Part shown: positions 1 to 12,795 of the stretch, one piece after another
Position numbering within the stretch: the first letter of the stretch is position 1
Layout: each line of letters opens with the position of its first letter
DNA from: Felis catus
Taxonomy: Eukaryota
Length of the DNA stretch: 64,000 bases
Assembly (NCBI RefSeq): GCF_018350175.1
Contig: NC_058368.1
Span: 119,786,001 to 119,850,000, forward strand
Direction of reading: 5' to 3'
Translations under genes and position numbers: made by a program
Notes under the pieces: model-generated
What the model was told of the DNA's origin: nothing
The model's database searches: none
The model's input: the letters and a program-made list of their open reading frames with translations, nothing else

Positions 1-450
1 TAAACAATAAGGAATTTATGACCTCTTAATAGGAATTCAGCAGACAGGACAGGTACAGGATTGATACAGTGATGCAGTTGAGGACCCAGGTCCTTTTCAT
101 ATTTCTACTGACCATGTCAGATGTGCCTCTGGTCACAGCCCCAAGTTGAGTGCAGAGGTTCAGACATTATGTGCAGATATACTACGGAGGGTGAAGAAGA
201 ATTTTACTTTAGTGAGTTCCCTTTAATGTGGAGTAAAGTATTTTCAAGTTGCCTCCACACTATCCCAGCTTACTTCTCTTTGGATCACATTCCATGTCCA
301 AGAGACAGCAAGGCTTAGAAATTGAACATATGTAATATGTAACACTGCTTTCAGACTTTACATTGGGAGATCAGTTCTGCCAGCAAGGAGGAAGATGAAA
401 TGATGGTGATGGCAGTTGGACATTCAGCCCTGGGTCTGGTACCTGGTTGT
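1..450. mobile_element. Old MaLR LTR fragment (MLT1-like)
   Basis: Degenerate similarity to recalled MLT1J/K-type motifs (aaacaataaggaattta, gacccaggtccttttcat, cagcaaggcttagaaattgaa). Confidence 0.45.
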
Positions 451-1714
451 TGTGATAGTGAAATGGCATCATGTGGTTAAGTGCTTAGAATGGTGCCGAC
501 AGGTGCACCCAGGCTCAAGATGCCTTCTGGAACATGGTTCCTTGGCAGATAATTTTCTTCTGTGATAGCCATTTTAATGTCCAGTGGTAACACCAGTCCA
601 ATATCCAAACAACCAAGGCAGTGTTTAACTACTTAAGGAGACTCTCAGAGCAGGTATGGGGCTATTGTTTTGCATGCAGTGAAAAATAGCCAAATATTCT
701 TCTTCATTCCTTCATCTTCCCCTTTCTAACCGTCTCTTGCTGTCAAAGCTATTCCCCACTGTACTTGAGTCTTTCCCCAAGTCCTGTATCTCTGCATCCT
801 TTTTCCTGTCTTCCTCCTTTCAGATGCAGCAATTTGTTACACAGATCAATTTAGTCTCTCTAGTCTTCTTTCATTTTTCCTTTTCACCCAATATCCTGAT
901 CAGCACAGTGAGGTCAGTAATGGAGCAAGCTAACATAAGCTTCTCTTAAGAGGCAAGGAATGAAATAGAATGTTATAAATAAATAAAATGGAGCAATGCA
1001 TTTTTCTTTTCCCGTGTCACTGAGCTATTTGATGTTGCCTAGAAGTCCTAGATGATGGACCACTAACACTTTGGCAAAAACCTTCAAGCTTTTTCATTCC
1101 CTTCCCCAGAGAGGACCAAGAATGCAAACCACTTTGTCATTCATCATAAAAATCCAGTTTCTGCCTTGCTGACAGCCTTACTGAATTAGAATCACACCTC
1201 ATGACCTACATAAAGATACATTGGCAAAATTTGAGGGAGGAAGGAAGAGGAAGAAGAAGGAAGAGACCCTAGTGATCTTAAACATGCTCTGTTGTCATCA
1301 TGGTTTTAATTTCATTCTGCCCGTGGCGGATGGTGACCATACAGACCTGAATTCATCTTCACTTTTAAATTTTTATGCTCTATTTTGATGTTGCTCATAT
1401 AAATGGACACTCCATTTGGGTTTCTTTTTCTTTTGCCACTTGTCTAATTGTACCAGCTGCCCTCTAAGTGTGAAAGGAGAATTAGTTACATCCACTGTTA
1501 GTTTTATCACTTTTGTGTGTGTGTATTGTCTGAAAGGAAGTGCTCAGACACTTAATTGCCGAAACAAGTAAGTGCCTTGTACTTCGGGGATAATACTGCT
1601 GATGATGCCTTTAAAGGTATCCTAATCATTGAAACTAGTGACTGGGTAGGAAAATCCAGGTCTCTTTATATCAGGTACATTCTATTACCATTTTGTTTTA
1701 TTTTGTTTTATTTA

Positions 1715-1771
1715 TTTTTTAAAATGTTCATTTATTTATTTTGAGAGAGAGAGTGTGAGCTAGGGAGGAGC

Positions 1772-1809
<38 letters not shown>

Positions 1810-1870
1810 GAGAATCTTAAACATGCTCCATGCTCAGTGTAGAGCCCAACTCAGGGTTCAGTCTCATGAC
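1715..1870 (-). mobile_element. Can-SINE, head missing
   Basis: tttatttattttgagagagagag...gagagaggagaatc...gcccaactcagggttcagtctcatgac; ends abruptly at the (TTTTC)n tract. Confidence 0.85.
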
Positions 1871-1960
1871 TTTCTTTTCTTTTCTTTTCTTTTCTTTTCT
1901 TTTCTTTTCTTTTCTTTTCTTTTCTTTTCTTTTCTTTTCTTTTCTTTTCTTTTCTTTTCT
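1871..1960. repeat. (TTTTC)n microsatellite
   Basis: Perfect pentanucleotide array seen directly. Confidence 0.98.
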
Positions 1961-2059
1961 TATTTAAATAATTTGAAGACTTCTTCACTCACATCTTTTT
2001 TAAAAATAGTTGATATATCTACATCTGTATCTATATGTCTATGGAGAGACATATGATAG

Positions 2060-2265
2060 TGAGAGAATAGTTGGCATGCACTGTTACATTAGTTTCAGGT
2101 GTACGACTTAGAGATTTGACAAGTTTATACATTATGCTATGTTCACAAGTGTAGCTACCCTCTGTCCTGTTAAATTGCTATTACAGTATCATTGACTATA
2201 TTCCTTATGCTTACCTTTTATTCCTATGACTTATGCATTCCATAACTGGAAGGCTTTATCTCTCA
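2060..2265 (-). mobile_element. L1 3' UTR end fragment
   Basis: tagttggcatgcactgttacattagtttcaggtgtac...attgactatattccttatgc, typical reverse-complement L1 3' terminus. Confidence 0.8.
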
Positions 2266-2699
2266 GATCTTTTAATACTTTAGGACAGTTAGAGCTTAAA
2301 CAGAGAAATGTGTTATATACATAAGTGAGTCAACTTTGGGTTCTCCACTTGCTTCCTTTGAAGGCCAAGACTATCTTTTGGAGCTATGTATTGATTCATT
2401 GGAAAGAAGGCCATGTGAGGGGAAGCAGGTGGCTTTTATTTGCTTTCTATAGAACAAGGTAGAAGGAGAATCCCATTTCTGGCTGTGATGTAATAGGAGG
2501 ACGTCTTGGCCCATTTCTTTTGATATCAATCATGGGATCAAGGACACCAGAGTATAGGAGACAGAGGTCACAGAAGAGTTAGGGTGAGAGAGTACCAAGT
2601 CCTTTTTCACAAGACGAATTGAGGCAGTTCTCTCTACAAATTGGAATAAAAAAGGATAGTTTTGTTTTGAGTTCAAGGAAAGGTGATCAAAATAATAGC

Positions 2700-2880
2700 A
2701 AAAACTTCGTATGTTAAGCATTTCACACAAATCATTTCACACAATCCTTAGTAAACCTCTGATGTTGACATTACTATTATACTATTATTCTCATTTTATT
2801 GAGTAGGTAAGAGGTTTAGAGAGGTTATGTAACTTGTTTAGAGTTACACACCTGGTCCTAACCCCTATGTTATATGGCCT
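2700..2880 (-). mobile_element. MIR SINE fragment
   Basis: attattctcattttattgagtaggtaagaggtttagagaggttatgtaacttgtttagagttacac matches the reverse MIR core. Confidence 0.7.
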
Positions 2881-3959
2881 TTCTAATATGGTGTTAGGAT
2901 TTATCAGTATCTTTATGGAGAGTGACATTGGAAAACCTGTAATCAAATATGAGTATCTTCATTTCAACCAATTCATTTTCTGTGACCAAAACATTCACAT
3001 GTCAATAGGTTATCTGATTCACTAGATTCCTCTACTGAGGAATAGAAAAGTGTCCCATACTTTCTTTCCAACCTTATAAATACGGAGGAGTGATAAATTT
3101 TAACTTTTTACAGCTAGGTCCCTTGGCGTAGTGTTTTGGAAAATGTGTATATGCTGGGATTAGAATAATAGAGACAGAAGGTTTGGAGAGGAAATTAGAT
3201 GGAAAGGAAAGGTATTTGTAACTAAACATAATAGAAAAATTAGAATTTCATTTTAAATGGTCCAAAAATACAGTGACATGTATTAATCTGTCTCACAAGA
3301 AAAATAATAATAATGCTGGTATTACCAGCACAAAATACAATTTTATTGTATGTGGAGAAATGAAAGTATGTAGCCAGAAAAACTGGTCAGGGATCAGTTG
3401 TGGCTGACTGTCTTAGAAATCAATATAGATTCCTTCATGATCAATATAACTGCATTGCTTATCAACCAGTCAAGACTAGTGGCTGTGGTTGACTTTAATG
3501 GAGCCACATGGTCACACTCAGATATGATCTAAATGCATGCTTGTATTATTACCAAAACATTTTCATCCTCTCAAATGGAACATTGAATCAAAGAAGATAT
3601 GGGCTCATTCAGAAAGTGTAGGGAAGTAAGTCTGTTGGGCTCCTGATATAGCAGGTTACTCCCTTGCTCAAATAGATCTAGATGTTTTATGTTTGACATC
3701 ATAAAATACCTCTGCTTCACTGTCATCCTTCAAATCCTTACTTCATATCTCTTTTTCCAAATCTTTGCAACCTTCCCTGAATGCTGCTGCTAATTTTGAA
3801 TACCACTTTTTACAACTTACCAGTTGTACTCTTTAATATTCAAATTTCTTTGTACTGCTTCATTGAGATAATGTAGGAAGCATCTTGTAATCCTCAGGGT
3901 ATTTTGCAATATCATTTATTGTATGACTGTATAGTATGTAAGTTATAATTGACTGTCTG

Positions 3960-4380
3960 TATTCATTCATCAATAAATACTTATTGATTATTCACCCCAT
4001 GGCAGACATGTTGGTAATTACAGGAGATATGAGATGAAGGAGCTATACTGTGAAGATGAAGGAGCCCCCGCTAGTGAGGAGGGCCTGATCCTCTGGTGAA
4101 GAGTATAGCCATCGAAGCCTATAATTAATATCAGTGTGTCTGAGTGAAGCAGAATTCCCCCAAAGCATTTCATGTTATTTGGTACCCCATTAGAAGCAGA
4201 CATTTGCTAGGATAAGTGGAGAAAGACATGCCAAGTGGAATGTCTAGCAGATCCAGAGTAAGGTTTAACCATGCTGAGGAAATGGTGAGGAGTTTGATGA
4301 CAATACGTGGTGAGGAAGGTGGAGCAAGGTAAGAGAGGGAAGTACAATCAGTGAGACTGTCAAGGACCTTGACAGAAATG
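3960..4380 (-). mobile_element. L2 fragment (3' end)
   Basis: attcattcatcaataaatacttattga (reverse of L2 3' terminus) followed by degenerate purine-rich L2-like body. Confidence 0.55.
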
Positions 4381-4396
4381 CTGGAAGACGCGGGAC

Positions 4397-4606
4397 CTTC
4401 CGTTCCCTTCCGTTCCCTTCCGTTCCCTTCCGTTCCCTTCCCTTCTGTTCCTTTCCTTTCCCTTCCCTTCCCTTCCCTTCCCTTCCCTTCCCTTCCCTTC
4501 CCTTCCCTTCCCTTCCCTTCCCTTCCCTTCCCTTCCCTTCCCTTCCCTTCCCTTCCCTTCCCTCTTCTCTTCTCTTCTCTTCTCTTCTCTTCTCTTCTCT
4601 TCTCTT
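4397..4606. repeat. Compound (CCTTC)n/(CTCTT)n polypyrimidine microsatellite
   Basis: Seen directly; occupies the tail position of the adjacent Can-SINE. Confidence 0.97.
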
Positions 4607-4607
4607 C

Positions 4608-4778
4608 AGACAGAAAGAGAGAGCAGGGAGGGGCAGAGAGAGGGAGAGAGGATCCTAAGCAGGCTCTGCACTGCCAGCACAGAGCACAACGTGGGGCTCA
4701 AACCCACAGACTGTGAGTTCATGGCCTGAGCCGAAACCAGGAGTTGGCTGCTTAATCGACTGAGCCACCCAGGCACCC
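4608..4778 (-). mobile_element. Can-SINE
   Basis: ...gctgcttaatcgactgagccacccaggcaccc is the reverse complement of the tRNA-derived head. Confidence 0.93.
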
Positions 4779-5490
4779 TGAAATGGGATTTTTTTCTAAA
4801 GGAAGAATTTTAGGTAGAGAAATTATTTGATTGGAGCCCCATGGAGATTGAGCTAAAGGAAGTAAGGCCACAGGTAAGATCAATTGTAGCTATTTAAGTA
4901 GGTAAGAAGAAAGTCAATTCTTGAACTAGACCAGAGTGTATACCTTGACTTATTGATAAACCCTGAGTTCTTTGTGGGAACATCAAGTATAGGTCATGTT
5001 TTGCTGGTATCTTTCTTTGTTCCTCATATAATTCTACATACATAGTAGGTTCTTGGAAAACACTTGCCTTGTAAATAGATTGGGATCCACCTCTACCCTA
5101 AAATTTTACGTGCACAGCAGAGTCAGGACCCAGTGAACAGGATGACTTTGATAAAGCTCTGTCATTTTTAGCATGGAAATTACCACTTTGTGGATCACCC
5201 AATGAATAAAACAGTGTCTTGATGATTCTTTTGGCAGCAGAGTGGCTGAAGTTTGTCCGTCACAAACTCATCTTTTGGTATCTTCAAAAAAGTAGCCTTT
5301 AAAGTTTTAGATATTTCTAAGATTCATGGAGATGAAAACAAATCTCAAAATCATGTATTTATTTCATTTTTATTCAATTTTATTTTACTATTATTGTTTC
5401 TAATAAGAGTGATAGTTTTCATTTATTGGATGCTTATTCTGTGCAATCCCTCTTGTAAGTACCCGGGGATATCATCTCATTTAACTTTTT

Positions 5491-5707
5491 AAAAAAAGTT
5501 TGTTTATTTATTCGTTTATTTGTTAGAGAGACAGACAGACACTGTGTGGGGGAGGAGCAGAGACAGAAGGAGAGAGAGGATCCCTAGCAAGCTCCACTCT
5601 GACAGCACAGAGCCCGATGCAGGACTCAATCCCATGAACCATGAGACCATGACCTGAGAGGAAATCAAGTGTCAGACACTTAACCAACTGAACCACCCGG
5701 GCACCCC
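5491..5707 (-). mobile_element. Can-SINE with TSD
   Basis: Full head, body and tail; flanks ctcatttaacttttt / ctcgtttaacttttt. Confidence 0.95.
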
Positions 5708-7779
5708 TCTCGTTTAACTTTTTATACAATCATTTTGAGGTAGGTTTTATTATAATCTCATTTTCAAAGTGAGGAAATTGGGGCACAGTTTAAATAACTT
5801 GTCTAAGAGCAACAGCTAGAGGAGAAGAGTTTTCAACCCAGGTTTTCTGACCCCGAAGCACATTCATCACCATACAAAACTGAAGAGACAAGCACATTTA
5901 ACACAGCACAGTAGTTTAGTGCTTGGACTCTAATAGTGTCATTGTGATGACATTGTAAATTTTGAGAGACTGTTGGCAGGCTTCACAGAGTAGAAAAAAA
6001 AAAAAAAAGGAAGAAAAGAAGGGAAAAAGAGAAAGACTGAGAAATGGTTTCCAAACAAGAATATATGCTGTCACAGTAAGTGTGAAATCAATATTTTTGA
6101 ATGAGATGACATCTGAAGGACAGAAACAATGGAGGATTTATGGCAGAGAGTGAAAGAGGGCCCTCCACCATGGCTTTGGATTCCATCCCTCGTATGGAAG
6201 AACCATCCACATCCTCTTAGAGTATAAGAGTTTTTGGGAGTTTCAGCTTCATTTACTCTTAATCTGTTTCTAGACCTATTAAGAAATTCATAAATCTTCA
6301 CCCACTGATTTTTCTTTTGGGTCAGAATTAGCTGAAATGACTCTAGCTTTCCAAATAGTTATCATACTTCAAATAGAGTATCAAAAAAAGAATAACTTAA
6401 TTATGAAACAGCTTTTTTTGTCTAATTCTGGATCTGAGATTCTTATACTCAGTAAAAGCAATTGCTCTTTGTATGAAATATGTTCTCAAATAACATGCAT
6501 TATACCACAGTTGTATGTGAAGGATTGAATGTTTTTGATAATTTGATACAGGCAGAATGATTAAAAAGCCCCCTCACCTCTTCCTTCTTCATTGTTCTGT
6601 CTCTTTTAATTTGGATCCCTTTGGGTTGGCTATAACTGGAGGAAAAGAAGAGGGGTCTATAGAATGAGCAGCAGGATATTGGGTAATATGGAAATCATTT
6701 CTATATTGTAGGGGAGAAATCTAATTACCTCTATCAGTCATTCATCAGTTTTTCCTCTCTTCTGTTTTGTTTAGTATTCAGTTATATAATTGGCATCATT
6801 AGAGCATTAGTGCCTCCTTTCACAAGGCATGTGGTTGCTGGTCATTAGCAATCTTGATAGACATGTCAAAGAAAGCAGACCTAAGATTGCCAGCAAACTT
6901 TCTCTCCACAGCAGAATAGCTGGCTTCCTCTAGTTAACCCATTGTTTTCTGCAAATGTCATTGGAATTGTATTTCTGATGTAAACCCCCTATGCTTCAAC
7001 TAACTGTTAGTTACCCAAGCCTTGGAAGTGATTCTTCCTCGAGAGTGGTAGTAAAGCATTGCTTTATAGGCCTTTGAGATGTATGTTAAATCCATTATGT
7101 TTTGTTAAAAACTCAGTTAGCCCTTTTAAGATTCTTTAGGGCCTCCAGGTGGGGAGGGATTGTTCAGAGATGGAAATGAATTGTGAGTGTGCAGCATGGA
7201 CCATGGGAATGGTACAAGGTTCAGCTTCTTGTCAAAAATAAAAGTTCCAAAAGTGATTGGGCTTTTTATGTGTGTTATCTCAGAGTGATATATACCTGTT
7301 TGGTTGTCATTAATATTGTTTGAAATACCTAAATTGATATTTAACCGGGCTGGGGTTCAGGCTCTCCATCAAATAGCTCTGTGACATTGGGCAATCATTT
7401 CTCCTCTCCAGCTCCCATCCTCCTGTTTCATGTGAGTTGGCTGAATTTAGGAGTTTAAACTCAAATGCCACTAGAGACCTGGAAAACAAACAAACAAACA
7501 AACAAACAAACAAACATAAGACAAAGGTAGAAATAAGGTCTGGGGCAATTGGAGAGTGTATGTCCACCTGGCCTAAAGGTATTACAGCCTAAAATCCTTA
7601 AAATATCCTGTCACAGAAAATATGTCTGTGGGCAATGTTTGGCCATAGCTGTCAGTTTACCACCACCTGATCTACCACTCCCCCCCTCCCCCGCCTTTTT
7701 TTCTTTTGGTCTAAATTTTCTGGTTCTACAAAATATAAGAAGGTAATGAAAGGCATACATGAACTACCTTATAGCAAAC

Positions 7780-8360
7780 AAGGACAAAGCAAATTATGTG
7801 TGGATAAAAACTGGCTTAGTTTAGATAGAACAACAACAAAAAAAGACCAGAGTGTCATAGTTAAATGTCAGTGGAAAGGGAATCACTAGTGTATTTGTGT
7901 TGCACAGAAAAGAAAAGGCAAGAGAATCCTGAAATGCATCATGAAGAACATGTCATACAGCATTGATAAGTCATTGTCCCACTGTGCTCAGCTTTGATCT
8001 GACCCTCGTGGTGGGGGAATCCAGATGTGGTCAGTGACCCTTGAAAGGATGTGAAGCAGCTGAGAGGCACCCAGAGCTTAAAAAAATGAATAAAATGTTT
8101 CTTTGGATGAAAGGCTAAAGATGTTTGAATTTATTAGCCTGGAGAAGAGAATCTGGGTTAATTATGCTTCAGGGATATGATGTATTTTCATGTTGAGAAT
8201 GTAGTTTTCTCTCTATTTGTGAGTGAAGACATTAGCCAGAATAAGTGAACCTAAATAAAAGCACTGGGACTGTGAGTGTGTATTAGGAGGAATAGTAGCT
8301 TGTATAGTAGGGTGGTAAAATACCGGAAGGATCTACTGAGAGATGCGGTCATGTGTTGTC
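7780..8360 (+). mobile_element. L3/CR1 LINE fragment
   Basis: ttgtcccactgtgctcagctttgatctgaccc...aaaggctaaagatgtttgaatttattagcctggagaagaga resembles the CR1/L3 RT 3' region. Confidence 0.7.
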
Positions 8361-8479
8361 CTCAGATCAAGTAGACAAAGGTAGGTAATGAATCTGGTTA
8401 TTCTAAAGGTAAGGAGGGACCTTTCAGCAGTCCAGTCTGGGACTGTCTTGACCGGTATTACCACCTGTGGTTGCGCCCC

Positions 8480-9300
8480 TCAGTTGTAACAGATGGATCT
8501 CACACAACACGAAGGCCAAAGGGCTTCTTGAGGTACTGGAAACAGAAACCTCACAGCCAGTGAGAGTATCAAAAAAAAATTTTTCCCCCTGCACTGTCCT
8601 TTGCTGGACAAGTAGACCTTATTTTTATGTCTGTATGGTTGACCTGACATGTGGGAAACTCTGCATTTAGAGTTCCTTAGAGCAGGAGAACAAACTGACT
8701 TACCATCTCTTCACTCCAAGCCTAAATCCCCAGGACAGAGATTCCATTTGTCTCACCTGGGGCAAGTATTCATCTTGATCCAATAAACTGTTTCTTGGGG
8801 TAGGAGTTCCTGGGTAGGAGAATCCACCAGCACATGTGGTGTTATAGGATGAACGGTGCCCCTCACAATTCATATGTTGAAGCCCTAACCCTCAGTACTG
8901 CAGGATATGTCTGTATTTGGAGAATAGGTCTATAAAGAGAAAAATTCAGGTAAGTTTTGGGCCCTAATCTAATCTAACTAGTGTCCTTATGAGAACAGGA
9001 GATGTGGATGCACAGAAAGAGACTGGGGCACATGTACACTTAGGAAAGACCATGTGAAAATAAGGAGGGCATCTGAAGCCAAGGACAGAGGCCTTAGGAG
9101 AAAACCAAGCCTGCTCACACCTTGATCTTGGACTTCTTGCCTCCAGAGCTGTGATACAATAAATTTCTGTTGTTTAAGCCACCCAGGCTGTGGTACTTTG
9201 TTATGGCAGCCCTGGAAAACTAATATAGATGGTCATTGTAGTGCTCGGAGAAGTAGAGTTTATTGTGGACTGAATAGACCCCACAAAATCTGCTGCATCA
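8480..9300. mobile_element. Old MaLR LTR (MLT1-like) interrupted by a younger MLT1 LTR
   Basis: aaatccccaggacagagattccatttgtctcacctggggcaagtattcatcttgatccaataaactg resembles old MLT1; appears to resume after ~9230. Confidence 0.5.
8840..9228 (+). mobile_element. MaLR solo LTR (MLT1A/B/C class)
   Basis: Starts tgttataggatgaac...aattcatatgttgaagccctaacc; ends aataaatttctgttgtttaagccaccc...ttgttatggcagccctggaaaactaata. Confidence 0.9.
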
Positions 9301-10087
9301 CTATAATCCTTATCATTACTCTATATCAGCAGCAGGTGATGATTACAGAGAGACTTATCCAGCCATAGTACCCCACTCCCCTTGCTAGGAGTTTGTAACT
9401 GGGTCCTGTATCATGCTTTTCTAGGTCTGGAACAGAGAGTTAAGCTCTGTCTTGCTTTGTTTCTAAATTATTCTCAATATCCTCTGGAGTGTACTTGATT
9501 GGAACAAAAACTTTAGGAAAGGAGGCAGTCATAGTATTTGGTGCTTTTGCAAACTGGCTCCTGTGGCAGGACACCTATCATGATCGTCCCTGCCGTTTCT
9601 GCCCAGCAACATAGCCTTTGGGAGTCTTGTCCTACCCTCTGTGCTTCCCTGCTTTTGACCTCCACTGGTAGAGCTTCACATAGGGTGGAGTTAGTTCACC
9701 GCCCACTTCATGCCAGTGATTGCCATTGGGACTGTCTTCACTGTTCTGTGGGCTTTACAAACTCCTTAGCAGATAATAAATGTGTAAGGATTAAATGACT
9801 TTTTCTTGGCCTGAATTGCTCACATCATTTCCTCAATTCTCTACTTGACTTGGGCTGTGGGGACCTGCCTTGGGATTGCCTGGGAATGTAGAAACAACTC
9901 TTGGCATCATTGAATCTCACCTAAACCTCCACTTTCCCTTAGGATCTTTCCTGTTGGCTATCAAGCCTTTCTAAAGTCTCCAAAATAGGATTGGATACTC
10001 TAGCTGTTTTTTTATGGAGGTCAGAGTTTCTCCCCTCAGGAAACTTCTTTGCGGTGCTGTAGACAAATCCATTCAATTACATAGTTC

Positions 10088-10330
10088 TTCTTTTTCTTTT
10101 TTTTAAGTTTGTTTGTTTATTGTGTGTGAGTGTGTGTGTGTGTGAGAGAGAGAGAGATAGAGGGCTCGAGCAGGGGAGAGGCAGAGAGAGAGAGAGAGAG
10201 AGTGAAAGAATCCCATGCAGGCTCCTTGCTGTCAGTGGACACAGGGACATGAACTCATGAACCATGAGGTAACAACCTGACCCGAAATCAAGAGTCAGAT
10301 GCTTAACTGACGGAGCCAACCAGGTGCCCC
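10088..10330 (-). mobile_element. Can-SINE
   Basis: Reverse head gcttaactgacggagccaaccaggtgcccc; GA/GT microsatellite body. Confidence 0.93.
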
Positions 10331-10343
10331 TTGCATAGTTCTG

Positions 10344-10544
10344 TTTTTTTTTTTTTAATGTTTTATTTATTTTTGAGAGAGAGTGAGTGGTAGAGGGGCA
10401 GAGACAGAGGGGGACAGATGATCTGAAGTGGGTTCTGCAGTGACAGCAGTGACCCTGATGCTGGGCTCAAACTCACCAACTGTGAGATCATGACCTGAGC
10501 TGAAGTCAGATGCTCCACTGACTGAGCCACCCACGTGTCTCCCC
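10344..10544 (-). mobile_element. Can-SINE (tandem with the previous copy)
   Basis: polyT tail, tgtgagatcatgacctgagctgaagtcaga, reverse head. Confidence 0.93.
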
Positions 10545-11172
10545 TTACATAGTTATTCTTAACATACCAGAGTCAGAGAAAAATTCTGTCCCCCTTTATC
10601 TCACCTAGGCCTATAATTCCTTTCCTTGAAACGGTTGATGGCTTCTCACCACTTAGAGAATAAAGCCCCATTCCTTTGTGTGTTATTAGAGATTTCTAAT
10701 CAGACACTGACCCACCTTTCTGGCCATGTCTATAACCACACACCAGCCTCACAAGGCGACATGTTGTTGCTCAGTCATCGCTTCCCATTCCTTTAGTGGT
10801 GTGACTTTCTCTATCTAAAGCACCTTTGCTCTCATCGCCATCTCTCTCAGTCTGTCTCTGAAATCCCACATCAAATGTGATCTCCATAAAAACCTGCTCA
10901 GTCTCTCAAATGGGAATGAATCACTTCTTGAGTTACCACTCATGGTTTTTATAACTCCATTAGAGCCTGGCCTTGCTCACAGATGCATTATTTCAGTTAA
11001 GAGTGTTTACTTTGGCATTTTCCACTCAACTCCTTGAGGACTGGACAGCATCTTGTCTTCCTATAGATATACCCCACCCAGTATCCATCCAGTGCTTTTA
11101 CAATCACAATTATCATCTATTGAGCATTTACTGTATACCACACAGTATGTTAAGAGCTCAACATACATACTT

Positions 11173-11383
11173 TATTTAATAGGCAATATTTTGGGGTGCC
11201 TGGGTGGCTCAGTCAGTTGAGCATCCAACTCTTGTTTGGCTCAGATCATGATCCCAGGGTCTTGGGATGGAGCCCTCCATTGGGCTCCATGCTGAGCATG
11301 GAGCCTGCTTAATATTCTCTTCCTCTCTCCCTCTGCCCCTCTCCCCTGCTCACAATCTCTCTCTAAAATAAAATTAAAAGAAA
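11173..11383 (+). mobile_element. Can-SINE inserted in a MIR
   Basis: ggggtgcctgggtggctcagtcagttgag head; TSD aataggcaatatttt / aataggcaacatttt; MIR-like sequence on both sides. Confidence 0.93.
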
Positions 11384-11585
11384 TAATAGGCAACATTTTT
11401 TTTTAAATGAAGCCACTAGACTTAGAGAGGTTGAGTAACTTCTCTAAAAGTATACCATTTGCGAATGGTAGAGGCAAAATTCAAACCCATTTCTCTGTGA
11501 CTTCTCAGCAGGCTGGTCTACAGTGCTGCCTTTCGGCCCTCAGTACATTCATGCTGAATTGATATGGATGAAGTAGGCTTTCCAT

Positions 11586-11705
11586 TTTATTTTATTTTAT
11601 TTTATTTATTTTTTAAAGTAATCTTGACGCCCAGCGTGGGGCTCGAACTCACAACCCTGAGATCACGAGTTGCATGTTCCACCGACTGAGCCAACCAGAC
11701 ACCCC
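11586..11705 (-). mobile_element. Short Can-SINE variant lacking the CT-repeat segment
   Basis: ttttaaagtaatcttgacgcccagcgtggggctcgaactcacaaccctgagatc...; TSD aggctttccattt on both sides. Confidence 0.9.
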
Positions 11706-12795
11706 AGGCTTTCCATTTAAAAAACCTATTTATGTTAAGGCGAGTTCACAGAACAGCCCCAGTCACAATTGCTGTTGTTGCAGCTGCCACTTTCGCTACC
11801 AACTTCGTTTTCTAATTCCCAGCCAAGAAAGTTGCCTAATGGAGGTTCAGGGAGATTAAGAGCCCCGAGTGTCATTAAGGATCGAGGTGCATTGCTGATC
11901 TTGGCCCAGCCCTGCGGCAGCTGAACAAAGGTGATATGTTGGATGCATTTGCCATGCTAAGGAAAGAACAGCTGAATGTTAACCAGCACATTAATCATGC
12001 TGACAGATGGTCTGCCTGGCTCGGGCTCTTAAACAGACTCTTCATATCTCATAAGCTCACTGCTGTGTACCTATTAGTCTGAAGGGAATAATATGAGATA
12101 CAGGTTTAGATGGTGAGCCAGGCAGTCTTATTAATAGCGAGAAGAATAGATTAGGCTCTCCAAAAATTTAACTGCCTTTATTCTGTTTGCTCAAGACACT
12201 GACCCTTTTATTTCTGTCATAGCATTCCCCTCCCCCTCCACTCACACATATCAGCACCTTTAAAATATATGCTCACATTCTGGTCCCACAGCCAAAACGT
12301 TCCCCAGTTACAGCTTCACACATAGCACTGAAAATGGCTACCGCCAACCAGTCAGGTAAATGTATATTCTGAGGAAATTTTCTGTCCCTTGGCTTTATTT
12401 CTGCTGGCTCAGTGGGCAGATTCTAATTTGAACCAGGCAAAATTTAGCCTGCCTGAGGCTGGTGGGCAGGTGTTGATTTTTGTGACTGGGCTGCTTGAAT
12501 TGCTAGGGCATCCAGATATTCCAGGCTGACATCACCTCAATAGGGCACTCAAGTTCCATCTGGGGAGTCTGGGGTCTTGGTGAATCCCATCATGTACTGA
12601 TGTGACTGACAATGCTCTGACCTATCATTTGTGGAGATATATATTTCTATGTATTGATATCTGTGTATATGAACTATCTATTTACCTAATCTCTCTCATT
12701 CTTTTAGAGAGGAAGAATTCTTTATGTGTATCATTTTCTGTGTATTCATTCTATATATCATTCTATATCTATCATTCTGTATCTATCTATAAAAC

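Noticed and set aside
4351..4716. 121-aa Pro/Phe/Ser-rich ORF
   Set aside because: Translation of a microsatellite plus SINE.
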